NCBI GenBank assembly: GCA_964016885.1
Contig: OZ024752.1
Span: forward strand, 43,462,001 to 43,526,000
Source: Eledone cirrhosa
Taxonomy: Eukaryota
Direction: 5' to 3'
DNA: 64,000 bases
Position 1 is the first letter of the stretch. Each line of letters opens with the position of its first letter. Below, one piece after another: positions 13,501-28,500 of this stretch. The notes beneath the pieces were generated by a model. That model was given only the letters and a program-made list of their open reading frames with translations. It did not search any database and had not been told where the DNA came from. The translations under genes and the position numbers were made by a program.

Positions 13501-16500
13501 AATTATCTCTGGCCATTGAAACACTAGAAAGAATTTGAACCTATATGGTGGTATTATAATGAGCATATTCACTACAGCAGGATTTGAACAAAGGGCTGGA
13601 TACTTCAAGGCAACTCATCCAACACATCTGCAAATCTAGCAATATAGAGCTGTACTTTCATTTACCAATGAATACCACAAGATATTCTATTGGACATCCT
13701 AATGACTGCCAATTCATAGAAATATAAATTATACAAGAATAGACATGTCCAATACTTACACCATACTTCAATTAACCGTTTTAAAATCCCGAAACAAATT
13801 TTTTGAATCTAGAAAATATAAAAAATAATATCAATGTTAAGAAAGAAAACATAAAAAAAAAAAAGAGTTAAAATAAAACAATAAACACAATTTTAACGAT
13901 GCCACTACATTACGTATTAGTGGGGAGATAACTATTAGCAAGATTTTATGAATTGCTTCCCTTATGGCTAATAAATGATATTTCACATTCTCACAAACAA
14001 CCTAACACTGCATTATGTATTAAAGGGAGATTAATTCATTAGGTTAACACTTTAGAATTTACATATATTTACTATTATATTTTTTATGAGATTTTGATAT
14101 TTATTGAGAATAATACCTTAACATCAGTGTGAGTGGCCAATTACAGCCGGTTTAAATGCTAAAGTGTTAAGGTCATTTTCCCTGATACAGCAAATGTTAG
14201 CCATGCTAACCCTGTGACAAACATCACCATTTTACCTTATCCACTGTGCGTTAAACCATATCAGTATGTTGCAACTTATAGGGTTAGTCCCAAGAAGGGC
14301 AAGCAGTCAAAACTATCTGTAAAAAAAAAAACCCTGTGATGAGCATTATTTTTTTACAACTTAAAATAAAAAGATTAAAATCTGATGTCATCTATGATCA
14401 AAATCTTTAACATAATGCTACAAGTCTGAGTGTTATGTTTCAAACCCATGCTCCCTGCTAGCACGGGTCATCATAGACCAAGTTAGTACTCAGTTGGAAC
14501 TACTAACCACAGATGGGCCAGGGGCAGCATCTTATATGTTCCTGCAGTCTATGTGGTATACCAAGGGCATTTATCAAAGTACCAGCATAACAGAGGTTGT
14601 CATGTCTTTGGTGCAAAGAGTTCTTTTGACTGTTTTGCAAGTTTTCTATGGCTGGATGCCCTACCTATCACCAAATCAAAGATAATTGAAACCCTCCTGA
14701 TTTTACATCTGCTTTTCATACTGTCCTAGTTCTTATTCAGAGTTACTTCTAGACGAATGGAAGATCATGTTTCACTTTATATTCCATATTTGGCAAGGTT
14801 TCTATGGTTTGATGCCGTTCACAACACCAACCATTTTACATAGTGTATCATGGTACCAACAGTACAGAGATTATCATATCCCTGATGGAACTAAAGGGTC
14901 TTCCCAACCACTTTATCCTTAAGACAACTAATTTGTAACAATGTTAGGAAGATCATCATCATCATCAATTTGCTTTCCAAGCTAGCAAGAATTTGATGAG
15001 TCTGATACTAGAATGGTCAGAGAACCATGTCTTGTTCATATGTTCTATATTTGGTTTGGTTTCTGCATCCACCACTTTACAGAGTGTACTGGGTGTATCT
15101 TATCATGACACCAACACTGCCATTTGACAGAGTGCACTGGGTGAATCTGATAGCACCCACACTAATGAGGTCAGTCTTTGACAGGACCAAAGAGGCCTCT
15201 CTATGCAGTCTCAAGTTATTCATTCAGCACATCTATAAATTTATTCATTACAATAGAAATAATTGTTTCTACTTTTGGCACAAGGCCAGCAATTATCCCT
15301 GTGCATTACTTTACTTTATTGACCCCATAAGGATGAAAAGCAAAGTTAACCTCGGTTAGATTTGAACTTAGATTGCAAAAGGCCGTAACTATGTTGCAAA
15401 GCATGGCGTTCGACCCACTACCGATACTGCCAATCCACCGCCCTTTTCATTACAATAGAAATAATAAAGTGAAGGCACATGGCTGAGTGGTAAGGGTGTT
15501 GGACTTACAATCGTAATGTCATGGGTTTGATTCCTGGATTGGGATGCGTGCTGTGTTCTTAAGCAAAAACACTTCATATCATGTTGCTCCAGTATACTCA
15601 GCTGAAAGTGAGTACTAACAATAGCATTGGCATCCTGTTCAGGGGGAAGTCTTGCATTCTCAGTCGCTTCACGCCATGACACCCGGATAAACACCAGCTC
15701 AACGTGCTGTCTGCAGCAAACCAGGGCATGCACGCATACAATAGAAATAAGAACATCTATGAAACACTGAATTTTCATAGGTTCCACTATCATATGTATG
15801 TGTCCCCATGTCTACATGCATTGTGTAATTTAGTGGTTTTACAAAACCATTACTGATCAATGTGAGCAACTGTCTAACCCAAGCAAGCATGGAAAATGGA
15901 CATTAAACGATGATGATGATAGCACCAAAATGATCACCTAAATTCTCTTAAGGTGTTGTCCCAGCAAAACCAGTCTAATGACAAACCAGTAAAAGAATAC
16001 ATTACCTGAGGATCAGGATTATTGCAAGCTCCTTCAACAATGGTCATTAGAACTTGATGAAAATTTGAAGCTTCTAGATAAATATATAAAAAATTCCATT
16101 ATCATTTTAATAATCCATGTTTTTCATGTAAACATCAACGGAACACATTTAAAAAAAGTATATTTCTTCTCTCAAGTGGAGTTTTAATATAACATGCTGC
16201 ATTTATGCCAACAGAGTCAATCTATATTAATAAAGCTGACGGTCGTATGTATGTATCTATGTATGTAACAAACTTTTGGCCAAATGGCACCATAGATGTA
16301 CGTTTTTCCAAAGAAGAAAGTGAGGATATTTTTGTCGAGCTCTGACTAGATTTATGAAAAAAACACGGCAATAAAGTATATTCGAAAAGGGGAAGCAATT
16401 AGAATAGCGGAGTTGCCTCCCTTGCATTTCTTGAATTTTAGAGGTTCTGATTGTACAAAAGAAGGATAAGTAAAATCTAAATTTATTTTTTGGGTCATGC

Positions 16501-19500
16501 CCTTTTCACTGACAACATACCTAATGATTCTTCCAAGTGCAAAGCATTATAAATGCTTACTGCAATAGGGAGCAGTATTAAAAGAAATCACCACCAGACA
16601 AAACTAATATTTAAAGATTCTGCTATAATTCTTACTTTAGTTAAAATTCAGCAATCATATTTCAATGTTTCAAATATTGAAACTTTAATAAAGTAGCCGG
16701 GAATTACTGGGTAGCTCAGCTAGTAATTGATAAGTCTCTCAAATTTTTTTTCTTTGTTTGTTTATGTTTCAAGAATCTCCCCCAAGATCTGAATTGTTTC
16801 TAATAATGCTGTCTTCTGAAGAAATTCTGTATGGATTTCAATGGTGGAATTGGCAAACAAAATGCTTTACTACAATTATGTTTCTTCATGTTCAGTTCCA
16901 CCGAGGTTAACTTTACCGTTCATCCTTCTGGGGTTGATATAATCAACTTTCCTCTCCACCAAATACAATATCAAATACCACATCTATTTAACATGAAATT
17001 ATTATGTATTGTGTTTTAAAGGTTTAATAAAATAATTGTTTCTACTTTTAGGCACAAGGCCAGCAATTACCCAGTGCATTACTGGTACTTTATTTTATCG
17101 ACCCCGTAAGGATGAAAGGCAAAGTCAACGTCGGCGGGATAATAATGAAAATTGTTACTTTCAAGCAAGCAAGAAAAGAAAAGTCAGTCTTTAAACAGTT
17201 GTTTGATACTATTAGAAACAACAGCCAATCTGCATCAAATCACAGCTCACCATCTTAAAATAGCATCAGATAACGTAATTCTAGATACCTCTAAAAGAAA
17301 GGACGATTGTGGCAGGATTGATTTTGACTTGGGGTTAAACAACAGCAACAAAGATGGTTACCTTGATCCTGTATGACTTCATGTACATTGTTACTGACAA
17401 TACAAGCAAGAAACTGGAAATAACTCTTCTGAAGTAGCCTCTTCTCATTAGCTGCCACCTGATCATATTCATCTTGGGGTATTGACAACACTCCATATAT
17501 GGTTTGAACAAAAGGACAGAACATCTCCCTAAGGAATGGACTAATTGTTTTCTGAAATGAATGTAAATACAAAGCAAATAATCACAATCATTATCATCTT
17601 GTCTTCTATGCTGGACTGGGTAGGATGGGATGTTTGAGGCTGTAATTTATGACCCTTCTGATACCAAACCTCTTACAAGGATACAGTGTACCTATTCTAA
17701 AATTTGGGATATAGAGAAAAACTATAAGAAGAATTGGAATGTAGTGTGCAAGAGAGAAGACTGCATTGGTGTGGATATGTGATTCATATGGAATGTAGCA
17801 GTGTCAAGAAGACTTTGGATGAGGTAGTGAAGACAGACTTTAAGAAACAAAGCTTCAGAAATGAGATAAAGGATAAAGAGGGTTGGTGTGATGATGAAGA
17901 CCCAGTCATAAACATACAATGTGTGAAATGTGATCTGACCTATTCATATGGCCCCTACCATCTTCACACTTTAGTAGCTATTCTCTCATCCATGCTAAGA
18001 TCTCCTTGGAATCGAAGGACCTGCAAAGACTATCAGTACTGCTAATCATTCTCTGACTAATGTACCACCAAAACCAAAAGATACAAAGGGGCTTGTGGTA
18101 AAATGAGAAAAGATGGAACTTCTGATTTACTAAATCTAGAAAAATAGCTGCATGAAAACTGAAAATAAAACCTGATGATCCAACATTCTCCTTCACTAGG
18201 AGTAATCATAATGCTAGGAATAGAAAACAAACAAGGCAATGGGATGTCATAAGAAAGATTAAATATACTATTATACTAGAACAATTGTGGACAGAGCAGG
18301 TTCTAGGTTCAATACCACTGCAGGACATCTTAGGTAAGTGTGATTGCCATCTTCAAAACTAACAAAAGTCAGGTTGTAATTAAAGTTGGTACTTACTTTG
18401 AACTTCATAATGAGTTGTGTCATTAGTGGAATGAAATCATGAAGTTCTTTGGCATCAGGCTGTTGCAGCAGGTTTTCAAGAATGAGAGGAATAAATGGGA
18501 AAATTTCTTCTTCCAGACAAACCACCATTCGATGGAGGTATTGCCTTACACCAGAACGTATCAGTTGTCTCTGTACAGGACATTTGAAACCTTGTAGGAA
18601 GATTTTCAAGGCTTCGGTGAATGCATCCACACAACCACACTGCTTCATAGTTTGCTGGTTAGAAAAGCCTTTGCTTATTCGACTGAAAAATAGAACACAA
18701 TTTGGTGAAAGTAAAGTAATAATAATAAAACAAATCCCAGTCCCCTCTCATACCATATTTCCCTGGAACTACATTTCTGACAAAGTCCTCCAACAACTAA
18801 CTTTCAACACTTTGCAACAAAAGTTTTTACATAAACTTAAGCAATTTAGGGGCCTTACAGGTAGTTTGGTATCAACAGAGTTAAATTATCTCAAGAATTA
18901 TCTTGAGCCAGTAAAGAATTATCTCAAGAATTATCTCAAGAATTATCTTCAGCCAATAAAGCCAGTGACAAATGGGTTCAGTAAATTATGTCTTACCTAG
19001 CAAAACTGATAGCATTATTAATGCAACAAGCATAATTCTCTTGGTTGTCTTCATTTAATTCAGAGCAAAGTTTCGTCAACATTGTCTCAAAATTTGACAC
19101 TATAGGAGCTAACAGCTTTTGGATAAGAATCTGCTTTCGCTGGAACAAAAGAAACAATTGTTAGAAATTACAGTTTATTTTTGCATCATCATCACTGTTT
19201 AATGTCTATTTTCCATGGGTTAGACAGGTTAGGCAACCAGGTTCTGCATGTATACTTTGTTTTGGCTTCATTTCTATGTACTTCCTAACACCAACTCCTT
19301 TACAGTATTTAGTTAAGTACAAATGAAGAACAACTTTGTGTGCTTTCATTAACCACTACTAAATTTCAAAGAAATGTTAACTATATTGCAAGCATGGAAA
19401 ACAGAAATAAATTGATATTAATGATAATTTATATTTAATCATATCCCTGTTCATTTATTTTTCTATATTGAATTTTGATAAGGTAGCAATATAGCAATTT

Positions 19501-22500
19501 TGTATAATTTCAAATTACAGTTGAACAGTCATAAGGTAGAGAGGACACATTGAACGGTGACATTACAGGGTTAAAAGGATTTATTGAATGATGACAGAGA
19601 GTAGAGAGGAATTTTCAGTCTGGCCAAGCATATAAACTTGCCAAACAAAGGTTGAGAGACTCTTTAGCGGTATAAAAGATGTGACTATCTCCCTAGTAAT
19701 GGTACCAAGATAAAATACAAGTGCCATCTGTAGAGGGCAGGAATGTATATAAGCGAAATACAGTACTTGGCTCTTTTGATTAAATACTGACTGGCTGAGT
19801 GATGACCCTTATAACTCTTACTAGCAGGAAAAACAAATGTTAAATGATGATGACTTAACATAACATTTGACACAACATTCTTCTATATATTTCTGTTTTA
19901 TAAAGATCAGTGTGTAGACAAGAAAACTTAGATACTCTACCTCTGGTGGGAAATTACTGGCCACAATGAGTATACCAACAGTTTCATATATAAACAGCTG
20001 GTCATCACAACTGAGTAGTTGTTGGATGCAGCCATTCTCTGGGGAATGCAACACAAGCATATCAGTAATCTGCTTCAATATGTGTTCTAAATAATCCTGC
20101 AGATGAGACCTACAAGAAATAAACCAAGAATATATATAAATCACTTTTGAAAATTTAGCAGTTTTTCACAGGAATTATTAAACAGTGTTACTGAGATGTT
20201 CACAATAGTAAAAGGAGAGGACAAATACAGAAAATTGGGGAAGAGGACAGATACACATTGTTGGGAAAGACAGAAAATAAAATGGATAGCTGAGACCAAT
20301 AAGTTTATTGATATTACATGGATGAGAGTAGTAAAGGATAGTAAGGGCTTCAGCTTGCAGTGGGCAGGGATAAACCAAATATTTTTTATATCTACAATTC
20401 ACAAAGAAGTTATCTTGTTTTAAGAACAATCACCAATTATTCCATATATAATAAACCTTTTGCCCAAAACAGCCCCTGAATTTATGATACAAAACTGGTC
20501 CCTTTAAAATGATTTTATTAGGTCCTTCATAATTTTATTTAAGAAATTGTTTTAAAACATCAGCTTAAAAATGAAAAGGTTATTTTATTAAATTCCTCCA
20601 AATTTTTTATTATTTTCAAAATAAATTGAAAGACACAGGCAATGTAAATAAACAAAACACACTAAAATTGATTTGAGTTAAAAATATAAAACATAACTAA
20701 CTCACTTTAACACTTTTACAAAACGAGAAAATAGATAGGCTGCCCTACTGCGGACTTGGGGTGATTTATTTCGTAGTCCTCGCTCATCTAGAAAAGCCAT
20801 CTAAAAGGAAAGAATACAAGAAAACATAAATTCAGTTAAAAGACTATCCACTTCACAAATACATTTCTAACTTAAGTAAAATTTAATCTCAAACTTCAAA
20901 AATTACAATCAAAATGAATCATTCATAGTAAAAGTTTTAAATTAATATTAAAATGTAAAGGCATATACATGGCTCTGTGGTTACAAAGTTTGCTTTACAG
21001 CCATGAGGTTTCGTGGCACTTTGGGCAAATCTTTACATCAAACCACCTTGTAAATGAAATTTAGTAAACAAAAATTGCAAAAGCTAATCATATAAATGAA
21101 TGTATGTCTCTGCATGATTTAACATTTAACACCGTTAATTTTTATTTATATCCCAAATAAACAATGTCCTGCAGTTTGGCAGAATAAAAGACTTCTACCT
21201 CAAGAAATCTTGCCCAACCAATGCACTCGAGGTAAAGCAGACCTTAAAAACAGTGAAGATCGTGATATGCAAATTTTAAATAATTTTACATGTGCTTTCA
21301 ATGTTGGCTTAGATTCAATAGGACAGCACAGTCATGTGTTGTCATGGTTTTTACAGCTGGATATCCATCAAACAGTATACAAGATGCATTTTATCGTGGT
21401 ACCAGTACTACCAATTTACATGATGTACTGAGAACATTTTATCATGGGACAAAAACGACCACTTTAGAGTATAGTGGGCACTTTTTAAGGGGGTAGCATC
21501 ATCATCATTTCCATTTAGCATCAATTCTTCCATGCATGCTTGGGTTAGATGTCATCCATGCCAGAAGGTATGTCTGGCCATATCCCACCTTGCTCCAGCG
21601 AGGACTGTAAATTTGGCTGGGTATTCTACAGCTGGATGCCCTTCCTAACACCAACCACATTTAAAGTGTGGGACTGGATGGCTCTGTCATGAGGGACAGG
21701 CCAGTTGGCCGCGCTGAACCCGTCTCGCAATGGAGCTAAGATAAATATCAGTCTTTAAGCAAATAATCAACTATGAGAACAAAAACTAAAACAATTTTCT
21801 TTTTTTTTTAATTTAATTAACTCAATACAAACCAAAACATCTGGAATATATTCTGGTTGGGTATTGAAGAACTTCTCATATCGCACCACAGTTTCCAGTA
21901 CCTGAAGTTGTACACAGCTGTGTTTATGGCAGCTAACACCTGAAGATACTAACTGAAATTGAGAAATATTTTATATAATATATATACATAAATAGATATA
22001 TATACATACATATGATGGCTGCAACTCGATTTCGAGTAATGCCATCGCTTGATACTTAAGTATGAGCATCATGGATGTGGCTTTTTATTTCTGCTAGAGA
22101 CTTGCCTATGACCACCAATGCCATGAATCGCAAAAAAATCTCACAAAGCGATGCCTTTGCTTGAAGCTTTTGTAAGTGCGGAAAGGTTTTGCACAGGGCC
22201 AATCCCACTCTCTGAAGATCGAATGCATTTACCCAAAAAGTAGAACTGGTCTACATCATTGCATGCAAACGATGTTGCAGGTTTTATATCAGAATGACCT
22301 TCTAGAGAAATGTCTTAATGAAGACTAGGATTCTTGCCCTGTTTTGTTTTTCATCAACATCATCATTGTTTAACTCTTTAGCATTTAAACCAGCTTATCT
22401 GGCCAGAATTCTCTCACCTCTTTCTGTTCAGACCAGCCACTCATACTGACGTTAAAGTATTATTCTCAAAATAAATAATATCAAAATCTCATAGATTTGA

Positions 22501-25500
22501 TATAATGTGAGGTAATTGTGTAAGATAAAACCTTTATTGTAAAAATACAACAGTAAATATAGAGTAATGTAAATGCTAAGGAGTTAACACCTACTTTCTC
22601 AACTTGTATGGGTTAAACAGGTTGTCACATTCTTATGCTAGACTAGTCAAATAACCATGTAGCTCATGTGTATGGGGGAGCATTTTATTGAGACTAGCAT
22701 CACCACATCACAGAGTGGAATTTGTCATTCCATCAGCACAATTATTTTATAGGATTGGCTGGGTGTATTTTATTGTAGGACAAGCACTACATCTATGTAC
22801 TTGTAACCCATATACAAATAAATTTTCTCTCTAAAACAATTTTTGGTACATTTGATGCTGTATTAAAATTAGGATGTCCATAAAATATAGATATGCATTC
22901 CACAATTATTAGGAAAAATTCTATAAGGGTTCTGTGACAATAAGTTTAGAAATGACTAACCTAGAGTGACATTTCTTCCTAATGTATAGTGAAAGATAGT
23001 TTCAAAGTAAAATATGACAGCAGTGACAAAAGGAATTTCTTCACCTGGAGAGATACTCCTTAATGTATAGTAAAGGAAAGTTCAGTGTATAAGATTCTAT
23101 CATTAAAAAATTCAAAGAAAAAGAGAAAAACAGCACTTACCAATTGCATCATTTCCTGTAATGGAGAAGGCTTCTCCTTGCAACCAGTAAAACTTTGATT
23201 GGAAGACTAAATAGGAAATTCATTTAAAAATAAGTTATCAAATATTAAATCTTGTATATATTGGCAGCTCTTTCACACACAAATACATAAGTGCACATGT
23301 ATGCACACAACACATTTTCCTTACCCAATTACACCTCTCAAGGGCGATGACACACGACCGTGACCTCTGGCATCACGCAGTAATACAGAAGACCTGACCC
23401 CCCCCCCCCCCCCCCCACCCCACGGGTACAAGCCAAAGCTGAAGCATATAGACAATATGCCCCTACACCCTCGCACTGCAAAGTGGTCGTGGAAGTGCCA
23501 CGGCAAAAAAGCACCCAGCCCACACTGTAAAGTGGACGTGTAGGCGCCACGGAAAAAAAGCACCCAACACTCACTGTAAATGAAGTTGATGTTAGGAAGA
23601 GCATCCAGCTGTAGAAATCAAGCCCGAATTAGTTCCCATATGAGCAAGGCATGGTCAGGCGACCGGCTACTGCCCACAACAGGACAACCCGTCTAACCCA
23701 TGCTAGCATGGAAGAACGGACGTAAAACAGTGATGATGATAGAGTATTGTATTTTTGTGGTAAAGGCTTCATCTTACACTAGATTACCCGTGACCCGTTA
23801 GGTCAAGTTCACTTTATATAATTAAAATACACAGACATGTATATAATGTAAAATGAAATTGAAAGACCCATGTGTGTGCCTGTGATCTATATAAACTGGT
23901 CACAGACACACATATATATATATATATACACACACATAGAAACCCTTCCTATTTAGCAGGAATGATTCACTACACACAGATACAGTAATGCTGCATTCGA
24001 TTCTTTGAATTCACTTGTAATTTCAGTCAACAACACCACCAGCTCTCTCTCTCTGTATCAATCTACTCTCTCACAACCACTATCTCTTTCTCTCTATATA
24101 TCTATGAAGGTACCCGGAAAAACCCTGTTCCTCGGGAACCCATGCTCTAATTTATGCGAAATTTGTTTTATTCCATTTATATTCCCATTTCAGGGGCAAC
24201 TTCCTTTCAAAGTATTTTCCCATTATGTGCCGTTTTTGGCTGTATTAAATTACAGACACACACACGATCACAGAGTTTTAGTAGTATATAGATAATTATC
24301 TCACATATCGAATCTATGAGATTTTGATATTATTTGAGAACAATATCTTAACGTCAATATGAGTGGTCAGTTACAGCTGGTTTGAACAGAAAGAGGTGAG
24401 GGAATTCTGGCTGGATACAGCCGGTTTAATTACTCTATATATATTATTGTATTTTCTAAGTAAAAGTTTTACCTCATATAATTATTTCATTTATATCAAA
24501 TCTACGAGATTTTGATATTTATTTTTAGAACAATACCTTAACATCAGTATGAGTGGCCTGTTACAGCTGGTTTGAACATAAAGAGGAGAGAGAATTCTGG
24601 CCGGATATGGCCCGGTTTGAATGCTAAAGAGTTAAATGAAATTTCGAAGATACATTTTCGTAGTTGTTGATTATGATTATATTGATGAAATGTAAAAGAA
24701 TACATAGTTATAGAAATGACAACTATGTAAACTGGGCTGTTTAGATGTCTCTGAGCTATGACAACTCAATGCCAATACATAATTTAAACCAGTAACACTA
24801 GTTGAGTAGAGTGTTCTACCAACTCAACCTCAGTTGCACTGGCTCCAATGGATAACTGAGCCAACAAGGTAGCCACTGTGTAGTCATTCGATCTGCTAGA
24901 ACGAACAGCTAAAATATTCATTAAATCCTACCCTACTGTCTTAAGAGAAGACTTGTTGGATAATGTAATCCTAGAAATAAACTATGCCTAAAAGAAAAGA
25001 TATGATGGCCACAAGTGTAATGTCTTTGATCATAGGTCATCTTGATCAGGCATGCCTAAGACCAAGCAATAACATTAGTTACGGTGCTGAACTATTGAAG
25101 AATTGCATTCTTCTCGATCAGAATGACATGCACCGTTCCCATTATTTGGGCTGAAACATTGCTTCAACAGAACTTTTCAGAAAGCAGAACAAATTAGGAT
25201 ATTTTAAACCGTTTTTTATACTAACCCACCTGAAACCACTCATGGGTTTTATTATACAAAACTGACCAAAATATTCATACTTATATAAAAACCTCCCATC
25301 ATAAATTTATTTATATCTTTTTAGTAGTGTTCCAAACAGATTACTAATGAAAAGTTATTTCATTAAATTCCTCCAATGTTTTGATTATTTTCAAAATTAA
25401 TTGAAACCTAAACACAGAGTTAAAGACATATCTCATACTTTATCCTTAATAAAAAAAAAAAAGTTCAATTAGTTTTAAAATATCAAAGACAAAACAACTA

Positions 25501-28500
25501 GTTAACTTACAGGGAGGGCCTCTCCAAGCATGTACATTAACATAATTGGCATTTCTACATCCCAAAACTCCAAAGTTTTCCACTGAGATAGCATATTGGA
25601 AAGAACTGAATGAACAGTCATTAAAACCATGTTGGAATCCTGCAATTGAAGAATATATAGTGTAAAAGCCTATTTTCCAATGTTAGTAAGATTCTACTCT
25701 TCAAATATAACTGCAACAGGTGGAATATTCTAGAGAAAGATTTTGTTATTACTTTATTAAAAGAAATTTTGCTCATTTTCGAGTCACTCTAGCAAATCCT
25801 GATAAATTTCCAACTGGTTCGCTTTTTGCTCCACAGACAAGTGTTTGGACACTAGTTTTGCACAAATTTTTCTCATGTGCAAATGTTATGTTAAAATTTT
25901 GTTAACTGCACTTTTATCTAAGCCTGTTTCTTCTGCAATCATCCTCACAATCAGCGATATTTCACTATCACTGCTCGCAGTTGATGAGATTGTCCTTCCA
26001 GAATGAACTTTGTGCCTCTAAAAAATCTTACTTCTCAATAAAGTGGCAACTCCATAAGTTTGTGTTAAAGAATTAAATGTTTCGGTTGCACATTTGGTCA
26101 CATACGTAACAGAGGTTATAAACACATCTGTACATAACAGCAATAACTAATTACTAACTAAATTGATCATGTTGAAGCACATTTGTACATGTAGCCAAAG
26201 TCATAATCAACACACCTGCGTTACCATGTTGTACATAAGAAAATCAGTACCCTTATTTTGGGGACAAATCTCATATAAGATATAAATTATATATAAATAC
26301 ATATTTGTACAAGGTTAACAAAAATTGTGCTAATATGTATATATATATATACATTGAGCATACAGGTATATAAAAGATATACTAAACATTTGAAATCAAC
26401 AAACCCGTTTGCAGATATTTTCTGATAAATCATTACAGGATGTTAAAAATTAATCAACCACAAAGAAATACAAAGCCTATCAAACTATGCTAATAAAGAC
26501 TAAATATACACTTACTAGCTGAGCAAGGTTATTGAATATAATCTTCACCTGCTTCCTGTAATCTTGAAACATGGCCTCTTCCTCTCCCTGAAATGATTAA
26601 AAAATAACATTAACTTAATATCTTGTACCACATGAAAGCACATTAAAAAACATTCTTGAAAATTACAATGGAAGACTTTAGCTGGATCACATTAGACATT
26701 TGAAATTTGTCACAATGATATGTCCACTAGTAAAGATACTCTAAACATTTGAATAAACAAACTGTTTTTAAATATATTTCTCTTAAATTATTACAGGGTG
26801 TTAAGAGTTAACATATTTTGATTATTAGAGGATATGAGGTCCAGTTTTTATTAGAAGTTACATTTCTTTTCTTTAAATTACATTATTACAAATGACAGAG
26901 CCTACATTGGTTTCAACAGTGAGAACTCAGTGCTATCAACTTAACCTCCAACTCATTAATGCCCAAGTGGTTGAGTATTTCATGCACCTCTAACATTCAA
27001 GTAAAAATAACATGACCATGACAAACCTTTAAATTACAGATATAGTTCCTGTCCACATAATGCTTGGGTCAACTTGAGGCTATAGTAATAGACACTTGTC
27101 TAAGAGGCCACACAGGGGGATTAAACCCCAAATCACATGAGTGTAAAGTAAACTTCTTAACCATACAACCATGCCTGCACATATTATACTTACTATATAC
27201 TCATGTATAAATGACATCTCCATTTTACTTACATTTACAATGTAACATATATTTTGAATAAAGTTTTTGTAAGTCAAGAAAATATGCCACATGCTATTTT
27301 TCACATATTTTTTAAGAATAAAGTGTGATAAGGAAAAGAGCAAGTATCCGACTAACTTACTTCAATATCAAAATTATATGTTTCGTCATACTTCAGTTTG
27401 TTAATTATAATAATTAACATTTGCTGAAAGTAAAAGAAGGAAAATTTTTAATAAATAATGTTAAAATAGTAACAACAATCATGTAAATTCAAACCAAGGT
27501 GACTGATTAAAAAGTTGGACTACTAACTTATAGTTAAAAGTTTACATATTTCCAACAAATTGCTGTGCTCTTCAAAATATGTGAGACTGCCTAGGCTTTC
27601 ACATTTAACTTTACTTAAAGCAGTGACGTTTGTTTGTCCCACAGTTAGCAACACAAACAATTCATTTCTTCAATTCTCTCCAGCCATAGCATATCGTGTG
27701 TTCACTGCCTATATTTTACTACGATGCAATAGTATACTTTGTACACATGCATTATACAGCCAGCCTTTCTTTCGTAGAGAAACCTTTTGCTGTCAACAGG
27801 AGTAGCAGCTCTCCAAATTTTTCCATCCTGTTTATACTTTAGCTATCATGCTCTTGGTGCAGCCTCCTCCCAACTTATCGCCTAGGTAACAGAAGATAAG
27901 AGCCACTTGTATGGAGCCTTCCTGCAACTGGAAAATGTTTATTTTATTTGTGCTCTTACTATCCCTGTACATCGGCCACATACAAAGTTTACTTTTGTTA
28001 GTCTGCTTACTATACCATTACACTTCTTGTGTATCTAAGATTTACATTGTGTATATCGTATAGAATTACTACCTACTCCTTTACATATTGAGCATGGTGA
28101 CTTTCCTGGTGGGATTATATCGTATAGAATTACTACCTACTCCTTTACATATTGAGCATGGTGACATTCCTGGTGGGATTATATCATATAGAATTACTAC
28201 CTACTCCTTTACATATTGAGCATGGTCATTTTCCTGGTGGGATTAGGGTCTTGTTTTCTTTTCTGCTCTATAAAACTTATGATGATACAAATATTACATA
28301 TGTAAGTAATTCTTCTGAAAGGATATGTTTTTCATTACTGTTTTCATACTTCCAAAGTTTACTCTTAACCCTTTTCAGTCTAAGTTCTGTTTCCAAAGCC
28401 GGACTTTCTTCTCTAGCTCTTTCACAGATTTGGTTATTAGAACCAGGTTGTCAGCATACATGAGTTTCCATAGGCAACATGTCAAACTCCTCTGTTGTAA

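Noticed and set aside
18449-19000. 183-aa plus-strand ORF
   Set aside because: It is the antisense shadow of XPOT exon 18 plus a short AAGAATTATCTC repeat, with no recognisable protein.
22014-22330. Possible mariner end (TA-TGATGGCTGC)
   Set aside because: No second TIR or convincing transposase peptide could be read.
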